Origin: a virus
Strand: one strand, 5' to 3'
DNA: 64,000 nt
IMG/VR virus record: IMGVR_UViG_3300025764_000004
Span: 10,010 to 74,009 of that record
Shown here: one piece after another, positions 39,349-49,624 of the stretch
How positions within the stretch are numbered: the stretch's first letter is position 1
How the letters are laid out: each line of letters starts with the position of its first letter
Notes under the pieces: model-generated
What the model saw: only the letters and a program-made list of their open reading frames with translations
Database searches by the model: none
What the model was told of the DNA's origin: nothing
Program-made: the position numbers and the translations under genes

Positions 39349-39741
39349 CTATCTTCTTTGAATATTAAAATTGATAGTAAAGCGTGCCCGACTATTCTCA
39401 TCCCAATCAAGCAGAGCCGGTCCACTGATACAGTATATAACAGAATAATACGTAGAATTCCATGTCTCATTTGCCCGGCCATGTAATGCTGTCTTAATCT
39501 GTTCACATAGAGCACTTCCTGTCTGATAATCTCGAGCGCGAACTCGCATATTAACAGAAGGATATTCATATCCTTGATCTGTCAAATTCAATTGAGGAGG
39601 CATCCCTGCATAATCAAATACAGTTACACAAACATCTGGTTTAGTAGGTTCACGACCTACAAACAAGTTTTCTGCAAAAGTCAGTCCTAGACTACTTTCT
39701 GCCTCTAATATATCTACAATGTCGATTGACGAAGCGTTCAT
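39349..39741 (-). CDS. tail terminator/completion protein
   Basis: synteny; YP.V...VR, DEN.R..F..NF. Confidence 0.7.
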   Translation of the reverse strand: MNASSIDIVDILEAESSLGLTFAENLFVGREPTKPDVCVTVFDYAGMPPQLNLTDQGYEYPSVNMRVRARDYQTGSALCEQIKTALHGRANETWNSTYYSVIYCISGPALLDWDENSRARFTINFNIQRR

Positions 39742-39743
39742 TT

Positions 39744-40250
39744 TTATGCTTTTTTACTTGCACCATCTGCAATTATCTGCAATATGGTATCATGATTTCT
39801 ATTTATTGAAGATTCTAGCCACTTAGCCCCTGCACCTGCTCTAGGTATGTATTCTCGTCTTCTTCCCTTACCTGGACCATATCGTATTCTTGGAGAAGTG
39901 AAATCTGCATCGACCATTTCGTGAACCCAAAGAGCATAATTAACAGGATACCCAAATTGTATTCCGTAATTCTGATATCTGTTACCTGTTCTAGATCCTA
40001 CATTAGCTTTTGCCTCTCCATGTGTATCTTTAACAGTGAATGAACTTCTTAATGTATTTGTATCGACAGGAGTTAATGGTGGAACTGATTCTACATCTCT
40101 TTGAATAAATCTTGCAGCTCTATTCATTCCTGCACGACTTCCATTGGAGATTAATAGTACCTCTTTATTCAGATTTGCAATCACTTGCTCCCATCCTCTG
40201 ATGCTGCCGTAATCTATTCCTCCGTGTCCGCCTGTATGAGATATTGCCAT
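39744..40250 (-). CDS. HK97 gp10-like neck protein
   Basis: PVDT..LRSS, YAL.VHE, AKWLE. Confidence 0.75.
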   Translation of the reverse strand: MAISHTGGHGGIDYGSIRGWEQVIANLNKEVLLISNGSRAGMNRAARFIQRDVESVPPLTPVDTNTLRSSFTVKDTHGEAKANVGSRTGNRYQNYGIQFGYPVNYALWVHEMVDADFTSPRIRYGPGKGRRREYIPRAGAGAKWLESSINRNHDTILQIIADGASKKA

Positions 40251-40260
40251 TTCTTTACTT

Positions 40261-40653
40261 TTATACTGTTCCGAATCCTAGATACGCTGTATGTACAAAC
40301 TTTGTAGTAGAAAAGATTTCTGGTACTTTGTCAAATCCTATAATTTGATAAGCTCCATTCACTTCTTTAGGTGAAATAGGATCACCACTACTTTCTCCAA
40401 AATCTAGAACATCATCTAAGGCTCCTAAATATAACCATCCTTGGACTTTTAAATCCTGAGTCACTAAGACTTCTGCTTTTTGATGAATTTCTATACCATC
40501 GTTACTTGTAAATATACGTTCTTTATCAGTCCAACGACAGGCTATTTCTATCGGATAATTAAACGTCATCCCTCCAAACCCATCATTTTGAGGATTCCCC
40601 CAATACACGGCTGTCTGTTTACAAACTCTTTTTATGAATCCTTGAATACTCAT
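40261..40653 (-). CDS. head closure protein
   Basis: Q.AVYW....DGFG...F..P.EI.CRW. Confidence 0.7.
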   Translation of the reverse strand: MSIQGFIKRVCKQTAVYWGNPQNDGFGGMTFNYPIEIACRWTDKERIFTSNDGIEIHQKAEVLVTQDLKVQGWLYLGALDDVLDFGESSGDPISPKEVNGAYQIIGFDKVPEIFSTTKFVHTAYLGFGTV

Positions 40654-41021
40654 TAGTCAAAAGATTTAATTGCATAAATTTTTACAGTTTTTCCTGATAA
40701 TGAAGCCATTAAACCTGTTGCATCTAACGTTAGAACCATTTGTCCATATGGAGTAGAAGAAAGCCCTGCACCAAACACACCTTCATATTCTATTTTAGCC
40801 CCTCCTGCTTCTTCTTTCTTAGCAATACGTTCCTGAGTACTTTTAATCATGTGTGCTGTGAGCCAACGTTCTATCTCTTTTAAAAGATCAGTTGTACCTG
40901 TGCCTAATACAGAATTTACCAATGTATTTGCTCCTGTAATATATGTTTCTACAACAAGGTCAGTTAATTCTGTATCCTCTAATATTGCTTTAACTTCCGC
41001 TGCCGTTACTCTTACTGCCAT
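40653..41021 (-). CDS. head-tail connector/adaptor
   Basis: E.WL.AH, GL.ST.YGQ....LD..G. Confidence 0.75.
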   Translation of the reverse strand: MAVRVTAAEVKAILEDTELTDLVVETYITGANTLVNSVLGTGTTDLLKEIERWLTAHMIKSTQERIAKKEEAGGAKIEYEGVFGAGLSSTPYGQMVLTLDATGLMASLSGKTVKIYAIKSFD

Positions 41022-41022
41022 G

Positions 41023-41720
41023 CTATGTGCTCCTTTCTTTTTGTTTGCTATTCTTTAACAATCCTTGAACCATATTGGTAACTTTATCATTCCATTCTAA
41101 ACCTAACCACTCTATAGTTTCTTTCATTTGCTCAAAATCACCCATTGCCATTCTTTCTGGCCAAAGTTCTTTATAATCTAACCCAGCTCCAATCATCTCT
41201 ACAAACCTCTTTTCATGCTCGTGTACCCACCAAAGCCATCCGTCAGCCTCATCTTTAACATTTATCTCTTGACGATTGCCTTCATTCTTAAAAGCAGTCA
41301 TAAAGCCTGTTTTTAAACAACTTTGGATGATATCCCCTGTTCTGCGCCTAACTATAATCCACTTTGCATTTGGATAAAATGTGTCCCACAAAGTCCAGGT
41401 TTGTCCAATTCTTGCACTCTTATACATCCAAGGCTGATCTTCTTTATACCCACCGTTTGCTAAAATCAATTCAATCACTTATTCCAATGATGAGGAGCAT
41501 TTATCCGATCCAAATTAGGTAAAGGGTACTGCCCTCTTGCATCAGCACTATTTGATTCATATAATCCATTTACCAGTCGTTTTATAGCTATATTTTCAAG
41601 CATCTCAGTAGTTTGCCCAGTCCAAACACCACAAGATTGAATAATCTTTGCTACTATGGTGCTTCCTGAACGTTCTATTCCGGTTACAAAAATTGGACTA
41701 TATGATGTTTTTGATGCCAT
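41023..41720 (-). CDS. sulfotransferase-like protein split into two frames (41720-41475 and 41478-41023)
   Basis: 5'-PSB loop IFVTG..RSGST in first ORF; W.YK, KWIIVRR...D...S in second; junction AAT AAG TGA / GTG ATT. Confidence 0.65.
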
Positions 41721-43111
41721 ACTCTGTATTTATTTGCAATTTTATTACTGGTTGCCTGTAATTGTGAATTCAATTTAAAAGATTGTTGTTCATCATGCCT
41801 TCGATAAACTGCAAGAACCGAATCACAGTATGCTAATTTTAATCCTGCATGAAGGCATCTTAAATTAAATTCATATTCTTCACTATCTGGTAATGTTTCA
41901 TCAAAACTACCTACTTTTTCAAATACTGATTTACGATACATTGTGGTAGCTGAATGAATGAAATTTGCTTTCAATAAATCAGATAAACTACCATCTTTAA
42001 CAATTGGTTTATATAAACAAATACTGTTATCTTTAACTTTTAATTCTGAAGCCATACCATGAATAAAATCAGCTCCTGTACTTTCTAACGTGCTAACAGA
42101 ATCTTCAATACAATTTGGAGTCAACATATCATCGTCATGTAAATATTTGATGTATTCCCCTTCTGCTTGATCTAATACTTTATTGAAATTCTCAGCCCAC
42201 ATACCTGGTCCTTCTGATACCAATAATTGACAATTTTTAGGAACACTATTAATAGCATCTTGTAACCAAGTTCTTTTTGGATTTTCTTTGTATGGTATAA
42301 TCACTGTCACTAATGCTTTTTGTTTCGGAAAACACTCATTAATGTAATCGCATACCCAGTTCCTATATTGAGCAGCGGACCACATTTTTGGAAGTCCGTG
42401 TAAACAAATAATAGAAAAATGATCAGGTTCTCTTCTTATATACTCAAACCATCTCTGTTTTCCATCTTGCCCAGCAATACGTTCTCCTTCTTTTGGTTTG
42501 AAAGTTCCTACTTTATTGGTTATTTGCTGCCACCAAACATCTGGTCGTTTTACGGTGGTTTTAATAAATTCCTGATCCCCACTTTTACAAGAATTCATCC
42601 ACTCCTCAGGATCGGTTAACCATTTTTCCCAGATTTGAGTTATTTTTTCATTATTTGCAGGGATCCACATGATACCCGAATATAAAGTAGCTTCAACACT
42701 ATTTATTGAATGTACTTTTTTATCCTCAGTAAATGGACCTAAAGCAATGAATTTATTAATGTGCTCCTCTGCTGGAGGAAGAATTCCTGTTAAATTACCA
42801 ACTACTAAAGTATCCAAATCAATGAATAAAAACGGTCTATATTGTTCCATTTCTGGAGAAAATATATTCATCTTTGCCCACCACTTCGACCAGTGAGTTT
42901 GCATTGGGATGACTTTCACATTCACTAAATCGAACGGTTGTGTTATCTTGTCCCACAAACAAATAACTTCTACATCAGAACATTGTTTGTGTAAATGATA
43001 TGCTATCAATTCCACATCGGAGAAAGAATAAGAACCTCCTCCTTTGTGAGTAAAGGCTTCTTTTGGACTACTCCTCAAGACTAACACCACCCGATTAATC
43101 AACTTTTGCAT
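41684..43111 (-). CDS. two-domain glycosyltransferase (GT-A/GT8-like plus GT2)
   Basis: WW.KM..F, FIDLD, GDQ.FI, HG.PK; VIIP, LHDDD, GSFDE.L...EEYE. Confidence 0.85.
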   Translation of the reverse strand: MQKLINRVVLVLRSSPKEAFTHKGGGSYSFSDVELIAYHLHKQCSDVEVICLWDKITQPFDLVNVKVIPMQTHWSKWWAKMNIFSPEMEQYRPFLFIDLDTLVVGNLTGILPPAEEHINKFIALGPFTEDKKVHSINSVEATLYSGIMWIPANNEKITQIWEKWLTDPEEWMNSCKSGDQEFIKTTVKRPDVWWQQITNKVGTFKPKEGERIAGQDGKQRWFEYIRREPDHFSIICLHGLPKMWSAAQYRNWVCDYINECFPKQKALVTVIIPYKENPKRTWLQDAINSVPKNCQLLVSEGPGMWAENFNKVLDQAEGEYIKYLHDDDMLTPNCIEDSVSTLESTGADFIHGMASELKVKDNSICLYKPIVKDGSLSDLLKANFIHSATTMYRKSVFEKVGSFDETLPDSEEYEFNLRCLHAGLKLAYCDSVLAVYRRHDEQQSFKLNSQLQATSNKIANKYRVWHQKHHIVQFL

Positions 43112-43112
43112 A

Positions 43113-43745
43113 TCAACTATTTTTCAAATATAAAGCGTCACCCCAACTCTGACAAGCCATTTGAGTCAATACTCTTTTAAATCCAAATTGACTTAAAAAC
43201 AAGTCTAACTCCTCTACATGAACACATTTTTTGTACACATCTTCCGTATTGATTTCTGTGTATACAATATCAATTGATTTTAATGTTTGAACACTTCCTT
43301 TTAATACTTCCAATTCAAATCCTTGAACATCCATGCAAATCATGTTATAACTAATTCTTGGAAATTTAATATTGTCAAGTTTCCTCACCTGAATTGTTTC
43401 TTTTGTAAGAAATTCTATGTTTGGGTATGTTTGTAAATGTGTTCCGGGTTCAAGTAGAGAACTACTCATTCCCTGATTAGCAGTTTCAATCCACATTTCT
43501 CTTTCCCCTGTTTCATTACCAAGAGCAACATTGTATGTTAATACTTTTGAAGCCTCACCGATTGTTTTTAATAGTTTTTGATATGTATCTTTTACTGGTT
43601 CAAAGAAAATCATATTTTTTATTCCCTGATGAACATAAGCTGGGTACTCTTGACCCACATGAGCTCCAACATGCAAAACTCCTTTAATCTGAAGTTTGTA
43701 ATCTGCCGCTATTTTATTCAATGATATGATCATATCAGTATCCAA
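43113..43745 (-). CDS. FkbM-family methyltransferase
   Basis: HVGAH.G.E, FEP, MDVQG.ELEVLKG, WGDALY. Confidence 0.88.
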   Translation of the reverse strand: MDTDMIISLNKIAADYKLQIKGVLHVGAHVGQEYPAYVHQGIKNMIFFEPVKDTYQKLLKTIGEASKVLTYNVALGNETGEREMWIETANQGMSSSLLEPGTHLQTYPNIEFLTKETIQVRKLDNIKFPRISYNMICMDVQGFELEVLKGSVQTLKSIDIVYTEINTEDVYKKCVHVEELDLFLSQFGFKRVLTQMACQSWGDALYLKNS

Positions 43746-44506
43746 TCTTTTGGTAAGTATTTCTTCTTTTCTCTTTCTTGTACAGACTCAATACAAACAT
43801 CTTTTGAACCTACTACAATTTTATTTTGAGTAGTACTCAAATATGCAGCAAGTGTAGAAAATGTACTGTTTGAAATAATAAAATTAGAACATCGTGTCAT
43901 TAAATCAAACGATAAATAATCTGGTAATTCTACAAATGTTAATTTTCTACTAAAAAACTCTTCTTTAAACTTTTCTTTACACCACTGAATATCGTCGCTA
44001 AAAATAAAAAGATCCCCTTTAACTAAATGCAGAGCATGATAATAATAACTTAAAGAAAGTACCTTAAATCCTTTTGTTGTTACATAATCGCCTCGCCTAA
44101 TGTGCATTGCTACGATTTCACTATTTTCAGCCTGTTTTCTCAGCATTTTATACTTCTGAGTATAATAGATATCCTTTACTTTTAATTCTGCTTGTAAATG
44201 GCTTAGAATGCCTTCATAATATCTTAAATACTGCCAATATCCCCAAAAATTACAATCTCGAAGATTTGTCAATGCTTCATCATACCCTGCTTCTTGAATG
44301 GTTAATTGATTTCCTATAAATGAATGAATTGGAATCTCTAATTTAAATTTATCAAGTAAATAAGGGCGAGGAGTGTCTTTATGATTTTTATCAGAAAACC
44401 AAGAACTATCATAGGTAACTTTAATTCCATTAGCAGCCTGAACTTGTCCAAAAGCATACTGGAATATTTGATTTCCTAAACCTCCCATTAACTTGATTAC
44501 ATTCAT
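43730..44506 (-). CDS. GT11 alpha-1,2-fucosyltransferase-like
   Basis: GGLGNQ.FQYA, GYWQ, HIRRGDY, FSDD..WC, ISNSTFS. Confidence 0.9.
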   Translation of the reverse strand: MNVIKLMGGLGNQIFQYAFGQVQAANGIKVTYDSSWFSDKNHKDTPRPYLLDKFKLEIPIHSFIGNQLTIQEAGYDEALTNLRDCNFWGYWQYLRYYEGILSHLQAELKVKDIYYTQKYKMLRKQAENSEIVAMHIRRGDYVTTKGFKVLSLSYYYHALHLVKGDLFIFSDDIQWCKEKFKEEFFSRKLTFVELPDYLSFDLMTRCSNFIISNSTFSTLAAYLSTTQNKIVVGSKDVCIESVQEREKKKYLPKDWILI

Positions 44507-45198
44507 AATACAATGTCTTTAAAATTCATTCTTGGAAACTCTTCGATCTTTGAATCTGGATTTGCATTAATACATTCAATACCTAAACGTTTTAAATCTG
44601 CAGCCATGTCTAAAAATCCTTTCATGTGGTTCTTCATTGTACTTTTCACTGTTTGCAATGGACTGGTATAGTATTTATGCCAATGTTGATTATTGCCTCC
44701 ATCTAATGTCATATCAAAACCTAATAATATAATCCGCTTTGCACCTAAATGTACTGCAAAATTGATTGCAGCAGATCCTGAATTATTATTCCAACATACC
44801 ATTGATTCTTTTGTACAAATGCCTTTTATGTGCTCCGGATTATTTGGAGTAATTTGTTTCACATACTTAATCCTCATGTCCTGATCATCCCCATTTGCAC
44901 ACGATACTCTTAATCCTTTGAACTGTAATAAATCTACTTTATGAGCTTTCCAAAAGCCTGTGTCCCCAAAAAATACAATATCAATCCAATCGCCTAATTT
45001 AAAAGCCATATTGACTGCAATGACATGCTGATTGTGAAGCGGTTTTAAATAGGGAGAATACACATTCGGCTGATCTCTACCTTTATACACCCTATTGACA
45101 AGTTCCTGAGGAATATCAAATTGTTTCAGTATAGAAGGCCCTCCTCCTATTATAATCACCGTTCCGCCATCCCAGACTTTTGGAATTTTCCACATCAT
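44503..45198 (-). CDS. Maf/GT29-42-like sugar-transfer protein
   Basis: IIGGGPS, IAVN, NSG..AIN.A...GA..I.LLGFD. Confidence 0.65.
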   Translation of the reverse strand: MMWKIPKVWDGGTVIIIGGGPSILKQFDIPQELVNRVYKGRDQPNVYSPYLKPLHNQHVIAVNMAFKLGDWIDIVFFGDTGFWKAHKVDLLQFKGLRVSCANGDDQDMRIKYVKQITPNNPEHIKGICTKESMVCWNNNSGSAAINFAVHLGAKRIILLGFDMTLDGGNNQHWHKYYTSPLQTVKSTMKNHMKGFLDMAADLKRLGIECINANPDSKIEEFPRMNFKDIVL

Positions 45199-45570
45199 TT
45201 AAGCTTCTAAGGCAGCCTTTAATTCATTTGCAGCATCCTCTGTCAATGGAACTTCATTAATGACTTTCCCACTTAAATTAGCAACATTGAACAGCCCTTT
45301 CCCGGCTTTCTTTAATTTATACAAAACTTCCGGTGTTTGTGTTTCTTTTTTTACCTGAGTTTGAATAGCCTCTAACTTAGAATCTTCCAAACAAATCAAC
45401 CGATCCCGAAATGATTTTGGAATTTCTTCTAAAGTGGCCCAAAAAGTTTGATTAGGTTTAATAATCTGATTCTTTAATCTTAAAGAACCTCCCCCTATTT
45501 TTTTCCAATGAAGTTGAACTGAGTCGACAATAACAGGTTCTGGATTTGGTGATTTTCTTATACGTTCCAT
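45199..45570 (-). CDS. hypothetical protein after capsid gene
   Basis: ORF, starts MERIRK. Confidence 0.65.
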   Translation of the reverse strand: MERIRKSPNPEPVIVDSVQLHWKKIGGGSLRLKNQIIKPNQTFWATLEEIPKSFRDRLICLEDSKLEAIQTQVKKETQTPEVLYKLKKAGKGLFNVANLSGKVINEVPLTEDAANELKAALEA

Positions 45571-45591
45571 AATAAAATTTATTTAAATAAT

Positions 45592-45612
45592 AAAAAAGAC
45601 ATGATTAGTCTT
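45592..45612 (-). terminator. AAGAC-TAATCAT-GTCTT hairpin plus T tract after capsid gene
   Basis: stem-loop followed by TTTT on - strand. Confidence 0.6.
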
Positions 45613-45619
45613 GATTCAA

Positions 45620-46705
45620 TTAAGTGGTGAATGTTGCATGAACAATCCCACTATTTCCTTCTTGGTCTGCCCGTATTTGCGGAACCTGAATAGTCAACAC
45701 TTTAAATTTGGTTACAAAGTTACCTTCTTCACCCCATTGAATGTTCTGGATACCCATACCACGTACAAGACGAACAACATCAGAAGTCATTTGTACTAAA
45801 AGTACGGTGTTGGCAGCAAGTGTGTCAACAACTTTGATACCTTTAATACCTGCAATCTGAAGAATACGTTCGCGAACGGTGCTATTTCCTTTTGCAGAGG
45901 AATAATCTGCATCAAGCAAAATCTCATAGGTAGACGGAATGTACATCATCCAAGGTCCGTAATGCTTTGCAGCAATACTGGTTTGTTTCAGTATCATCAC
46001 ATCAGTTACAATTTGGGCACCGGTTGTTCCTGAATTAGTCCATTCAGAATCCAATACAACCTGATTTCTGTCAGATGCATTGACATAAGACTGAATAGTT
46101 CCTCCGCCAAAACTGTAAGAAGTATCTGTAAACAGAAGTTTCTCAAGTTTTTCAGCAACTCTACGAGCAGCACTTTCTGCATCAGTAGTATCAATTGGGT
46201 TCCCCATATTACGACTGATTGCTAACTCACGTGCTCCGATTTCGTAATCCACATGGATAATCGGAATTGGTAAATAGTGATGAGTATAGTTCGGACGATC
46301 CCCAGGGCTACGAGTGATTCCGTCCATTGTCATAATTGCTTCCAGTCCATCAGAAATATCATGGTACTCCAACACCGTTGTTCCCATTGCATTTCCAAGG
46401 TTATAGACCAACCCATTGTCGATCAAATCCTGAACACCGATTAATCGGGTACGGGAAATCGGAAGTATTGCAGCATCTAATGCCACCCACTCATTATGTC
46501 TTAATGAGGCATTGGCCACAAACGTGGTTTTATAATTTTCTGGCTTTTTTGCATCACCACCTAAAAAATTGGTAACACAAGCCTGACCATTGGTATTAAT
46601 CCAAGGCCTCATTTGACCTGGATCCAACTTACTTTTGGCTAAAAAATTAGCAACTTCGCCACTTCCACCAGAAATTCCCATTAAATCAACATTAGCTTCA
46701 TTCAT
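45620..46705 (-). CDS. major capsid protein (HK97 fold, encapsulin/linocin-like family)
   Basis: 361 aa, P.PIIH.D..I..REL..SR..G..ID, strong SD, synteny. Confidence 0.85.
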   Translation of the reverse strand: MNEANVDLMGISGGSGEVANFLAKSKLDPGQMRPWINTNGQACVTNFLGGDAKKPENYKTTFVANASLRHNEWVALDAAILPISRTRLIGVQDLIDNGLVYNLGNAMGTTVLEYHDISDGLEAIMTMDGITRSPGDRPNYTHHYLPIPIIHVDYEIGARELAISRNMGNPIDTTDAESAARRVAEKLEKLLFTDTSYSFGGGTIQSYVNASDRNQVVLDSEWTNSGTTGAQIVTDVMILKQTSIAAKHYGPWMMYIPSTYEILLDADYSSAKGNSTVRERILQIAGIKGIKVVDTLAANTVLLVQMTSDVVRLVRGMGIQNIQWGEEGNFVTKFKVLTIQVPQIRADQEGNSGIVHATFTT

Positions 46706-46732
46706 ATCATTTCCTCCTTTCGTTTCTTTAAA

Positions 46733-47212
46733 TTAAACAACCATAATTTTAATACGTCCATTAGGATCTGCTCCAGAAGAACCAGACATGTCCACATTTT
46801 CCAATGCAACACCTACAATCTGCAACGGAAGAACCGTTCCAGTGTTATGAGAAGTCCAAGCATCATTTGCATGTTTCTGTAGTTCTCCACCTCCAGCAGA
46901 TTCCAAAAGATCACCTTTGGCAATATTTTGACCATTAGCCAAAATTGCATACACTTCTTCGCCAGGTGCAGTCATCCAAACCATAACCGGATCAGTAGCC
47001 TCATAAGCATCAGCGATGCCTTTTCCTTGAAGGACATCTTCCAATGCAAACCATTTATAGGCGTTTCCGCCAGCAACGGAATGTTCTTGGACTGTTCCAG
47101 CAGCAATCAACTCCACCAGTGATCCTGGTACAATTGCAGATGCAGCAACAAATTCATTAAATACGTTAAGGTAGTTTTTCAACTTAACGGTTCTTTTAAT
47201 CTCGTTTGCCAT
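46733..47212 (-). CDS. head decoration/cement protein
   Basis: between protease and MCP; A...I.PG.LV, G..I..GD.L.S.G.G.L. Confidence 0.7.
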   Translation of the reverse strand: MANEIKRTVKLKNYLNVFNEFVAASAIVPGSLVELIAAGTVQEHSVAGGNAYKWFALEDVLQGKGIADAYEATDPVMVWMTAPGEEVYAILANGQNIAKGDLLESAGGGELQKHANDAWTSHNTGTVLPLQIVGVALENVDMSGSSGADPNGRIKIMVV

Positions 47213-47242
47213 AATTATATTTCTCCTTTCTAAATTATTTTA

Positions 47243-48649
47243 TTATTCTACTCCCGGAGGTAAAAGTTTTTCTTCTGTATCAGAACGATTTGTCTGAAAA
47301 GAACGGTTGTTACCGTTTAAAGAATAATCCACCTCTTCTGGTTTCTCAACAGACTTAAATACTCTTTCAAGCATTTCTTCGTCCATAGCATTTAGAACCT
47401 CAATAGACCAGATGTCTTTTGTGTTCTTTTGAATTGCTCCAGCCATGTCAGCTTTTTTCTTTGCTAACATTTTTTTGCCGAAATCTAATGCGGCTTGATC
47501 TTCTGGTGTGAGTTTATTTACCTCAACCATTTTTTCAACTTCAACGGTTGTTGGAACCATTTTATCAAGAATTACTTCTGATAATGTTTCCAACATTTCC
47601 CGATCAGTTTCTGCATAGCCTGCTGCCGTATTGGCAATCAAAGCATCTACTTTCTTTTTTACGCACGGAGTGCATACATCGGCCATAATGTTTATTTTTA
47701 AATTGTTATTAATGTTATTTACAATCACATAATTGACTTGTCTTTCGACTTCAACGGGATCCCCTACTAATTCAGCTTCACCAGAAGTTACATTGAATTG
47801 ATAGTTCTGTTTATAATACTTACAACCGTCTTTTGATTCATTTTCATAAATCAAATAATTGTCATAAGCTTCTACCAGATAATTGTAATCATTACTGATA
47901 GCAATACCTCCAGACAAATCTGGATTCTTAGTTCTTACAAGATCACGAAGTTCATTTAATTTCTCTTCTAATCCTGTCTCGGAATTGTCTACAATGGTCA
48001 GAACTGAGAATCCTAATTCTTTCAGATCCTGGATTTGTTTAACAATGTCCACGGTTTGTTCCCCTTCCTTTTCTTTATTAACACCTAGTCCACAACCGTC
48101 CTCCAAAGAACAAGCTCCAATGGCTCCGGGCAGGAGCGCCAAATGATCTGGTCTATGGTTTCTAGCTATTGCACTATATTTTACATCTTCATATACACCT
48201 GGAGTTTCTTCCTCCTCTGTGAATACACCGATACTGACTTCTACTGGTTTTCTGGCGTTTACGGCACTTAAAACATCTGCGGATACTTTGCCCAGCTTTT
48301 CCTCTTCAAGCCAGACTTCAGCCATTAAACGCTTTGAATTAATGTGACTGTTATATACACGTCCTACTGTTATTGCATCAATCACTTCAGGACTGTTTGC
48401 TGATATGGATAATCCATCTTTTGCTGGATGATTAATAACAACTGGTATCCCATTCCAGCTTTCAGGAAATTTACCAAACTCTTCAGCTAAATGTAAAAGA
48501 GGTCCGTGGCTGCCATTTAATACACCTTCCACAATCATGACAACAGGTACAACTAAATGTTTTTTATCCTGATGAGTTTTAATCTGAACCTCATATTCAG
48601 TAATTTTTTGATTACTTTGTATTTCAAGATATTTTTTCCTTGTTTTCAT
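47243..48649 (-). CDS. prohead protease/scaffold (DUF2213-like)
   Basis: WNG.PVV..HP, EVS.G, DHLA.LP...GACS..DGCG. Confidence 0.8.
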   Translation of the reverse strand: MKTRKKYLEIQSNQKITEYEVQIKTHQDKKHLVVPVVMIVEGVLNGSHGPLLHLAEEFGKFPESWNGIPVVINHPAKDGLSISANSPEVIDAITVGRVYNSHINSKRLMAEVWLEEEKLGKVSADVLSAVNARKPVEVSIGVFTEEEETPGVYEDVKYSAIARNHRPDHLALLPGAIGACSLEDGCGLGVNKEKEGEQTVDIVKQIQDLKELGFSVLTIVDNSETGLEEKLNELRDLVRTKNPDLSGGIAISNDYNYLVEAYDNYLIYENESKDGCKYYKQNYQFNVTSGEAELVGDPVEVERQVNYVIVNNINNNLKINIMADVCTPCVKKKVDALIANTAAGYAETDREMLETLSEVILDKMVPTTVEVEKMVEVNKLTPEDQAALDFGKKMLAKKKADMAGAIQKNTKDIWSIEVLNAMDEEMLERVFKSVEKPEEVDYSLNGNNRSFQTNRSDTEEKLLPPGVE

Positions 48650-48652
48650 AAT

Positions 48653-49624
48653 CTATCTTTTTATTAATTTATCTACACCTACTTCAAATGGTAGAGCAAT
48701 ACATCTACATTGTGGATGTACAGGTATCAGATTTTCTGCCTCATCCAATGTATAAGGACTATTCCCTGCAATCCCGTCACAAACACCGCAAACTCTATCG
48801 TCACCAGCTGTCACAACTTCTGCCTGTATAACAACACCTTCTAAAGCCCAATTCCTATATTCTTGAATCATTCCTTGGTGATGTGCTCTGATGATTTCAG
48901 TACGAGCTAAAATTTCTGCTCGACGCATTGCTGGAATGAAACGGCCGAGTGTATCTTTTATTCCTAAATCACCTAACCCCGTTCCATTAATTGCACTTAC
49001 CATTTTCTTAGCAAGTAAAATAGGACCATCACCGTCAGCCATCCCTTGAGCAAGAATTCTGCTAATCTGAGCATCCATTGCCGTCGTTATTCCTTTTAAA
49101 TCAGAATAAACTCTTGTATAAAGTAATCCCACACGGTCCATATGAAGAGGGACAAACATTGACATTCCGATACCTCCTGTAGCATCTATGCTCGGGACAT
49201 TGTAGCCCGCTTTTTGAAGTTCGTATCGTGCCCGAATGACACCCCTCTTATATGAATCTGTGATATACATATTAGTCCAAGCAGACTCAATAGCCGAGCC
49301 GAACTGATTGTATTCTTTTACCGTTAAAATTCCTTCATCTACCTGTGTTCTCAACCATTGCATAAAAGCATCCACTTTTTCTGCACTTCTTGGAAATGCA
49401 AATACAGCACGACTGACAGTATTGCTTGCAAAAGTATTTATACTTGCAAATGTCTTTATTTCTGAACCAAAACAATCTTCTGTAACAACTTTTTGATAAA
49501 TTGCATGACACAAATTCACAAAACGGCTTCTTAGATCTTTCACAAACTGATTTCTTAAAGAAGTAGTTCTAGTCGGATCGTATGCCGAATAAACAGAAAA
49601 ATTATATGTATTTGTTTCGTTCAT
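48653..49624 (-). CDS. minor head morphogenesis protein (SPP1 gp7/Mu F-like)
   Basis: RA..LARTE..RA, D.RVC..C, P.HPQCRC. Confidence 0.88.
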   Translation of the reverse strand: MNETNTYNFSVYSAYDPTRTTSLRNQFVKDLRSRFVNLCHAIYQKVVTEDCFGSEIKTFASINTFASNTVSRAVFAFPRSAEKVDAFMQWLRTQVDEGILTVKEYNQFGSAIESAWTNMYITDSYKRGVIRARYELQKAGYNVPSIDATGGIGMSMFVPLHMDRVGLLYTRVYSDLKGITTAMDAQISRILAQGMADGDGPILLAKKMVSAINGTGLGDLGIKDTLGRFIPAMRRAEILARTEIIRAHHQGMIQEYRNWALEGVVIQAEVVTAGDDRVCGVCDGIAGNSPYTLDEAENLIPVHPQCRCIALPFEVGVDKLIKR

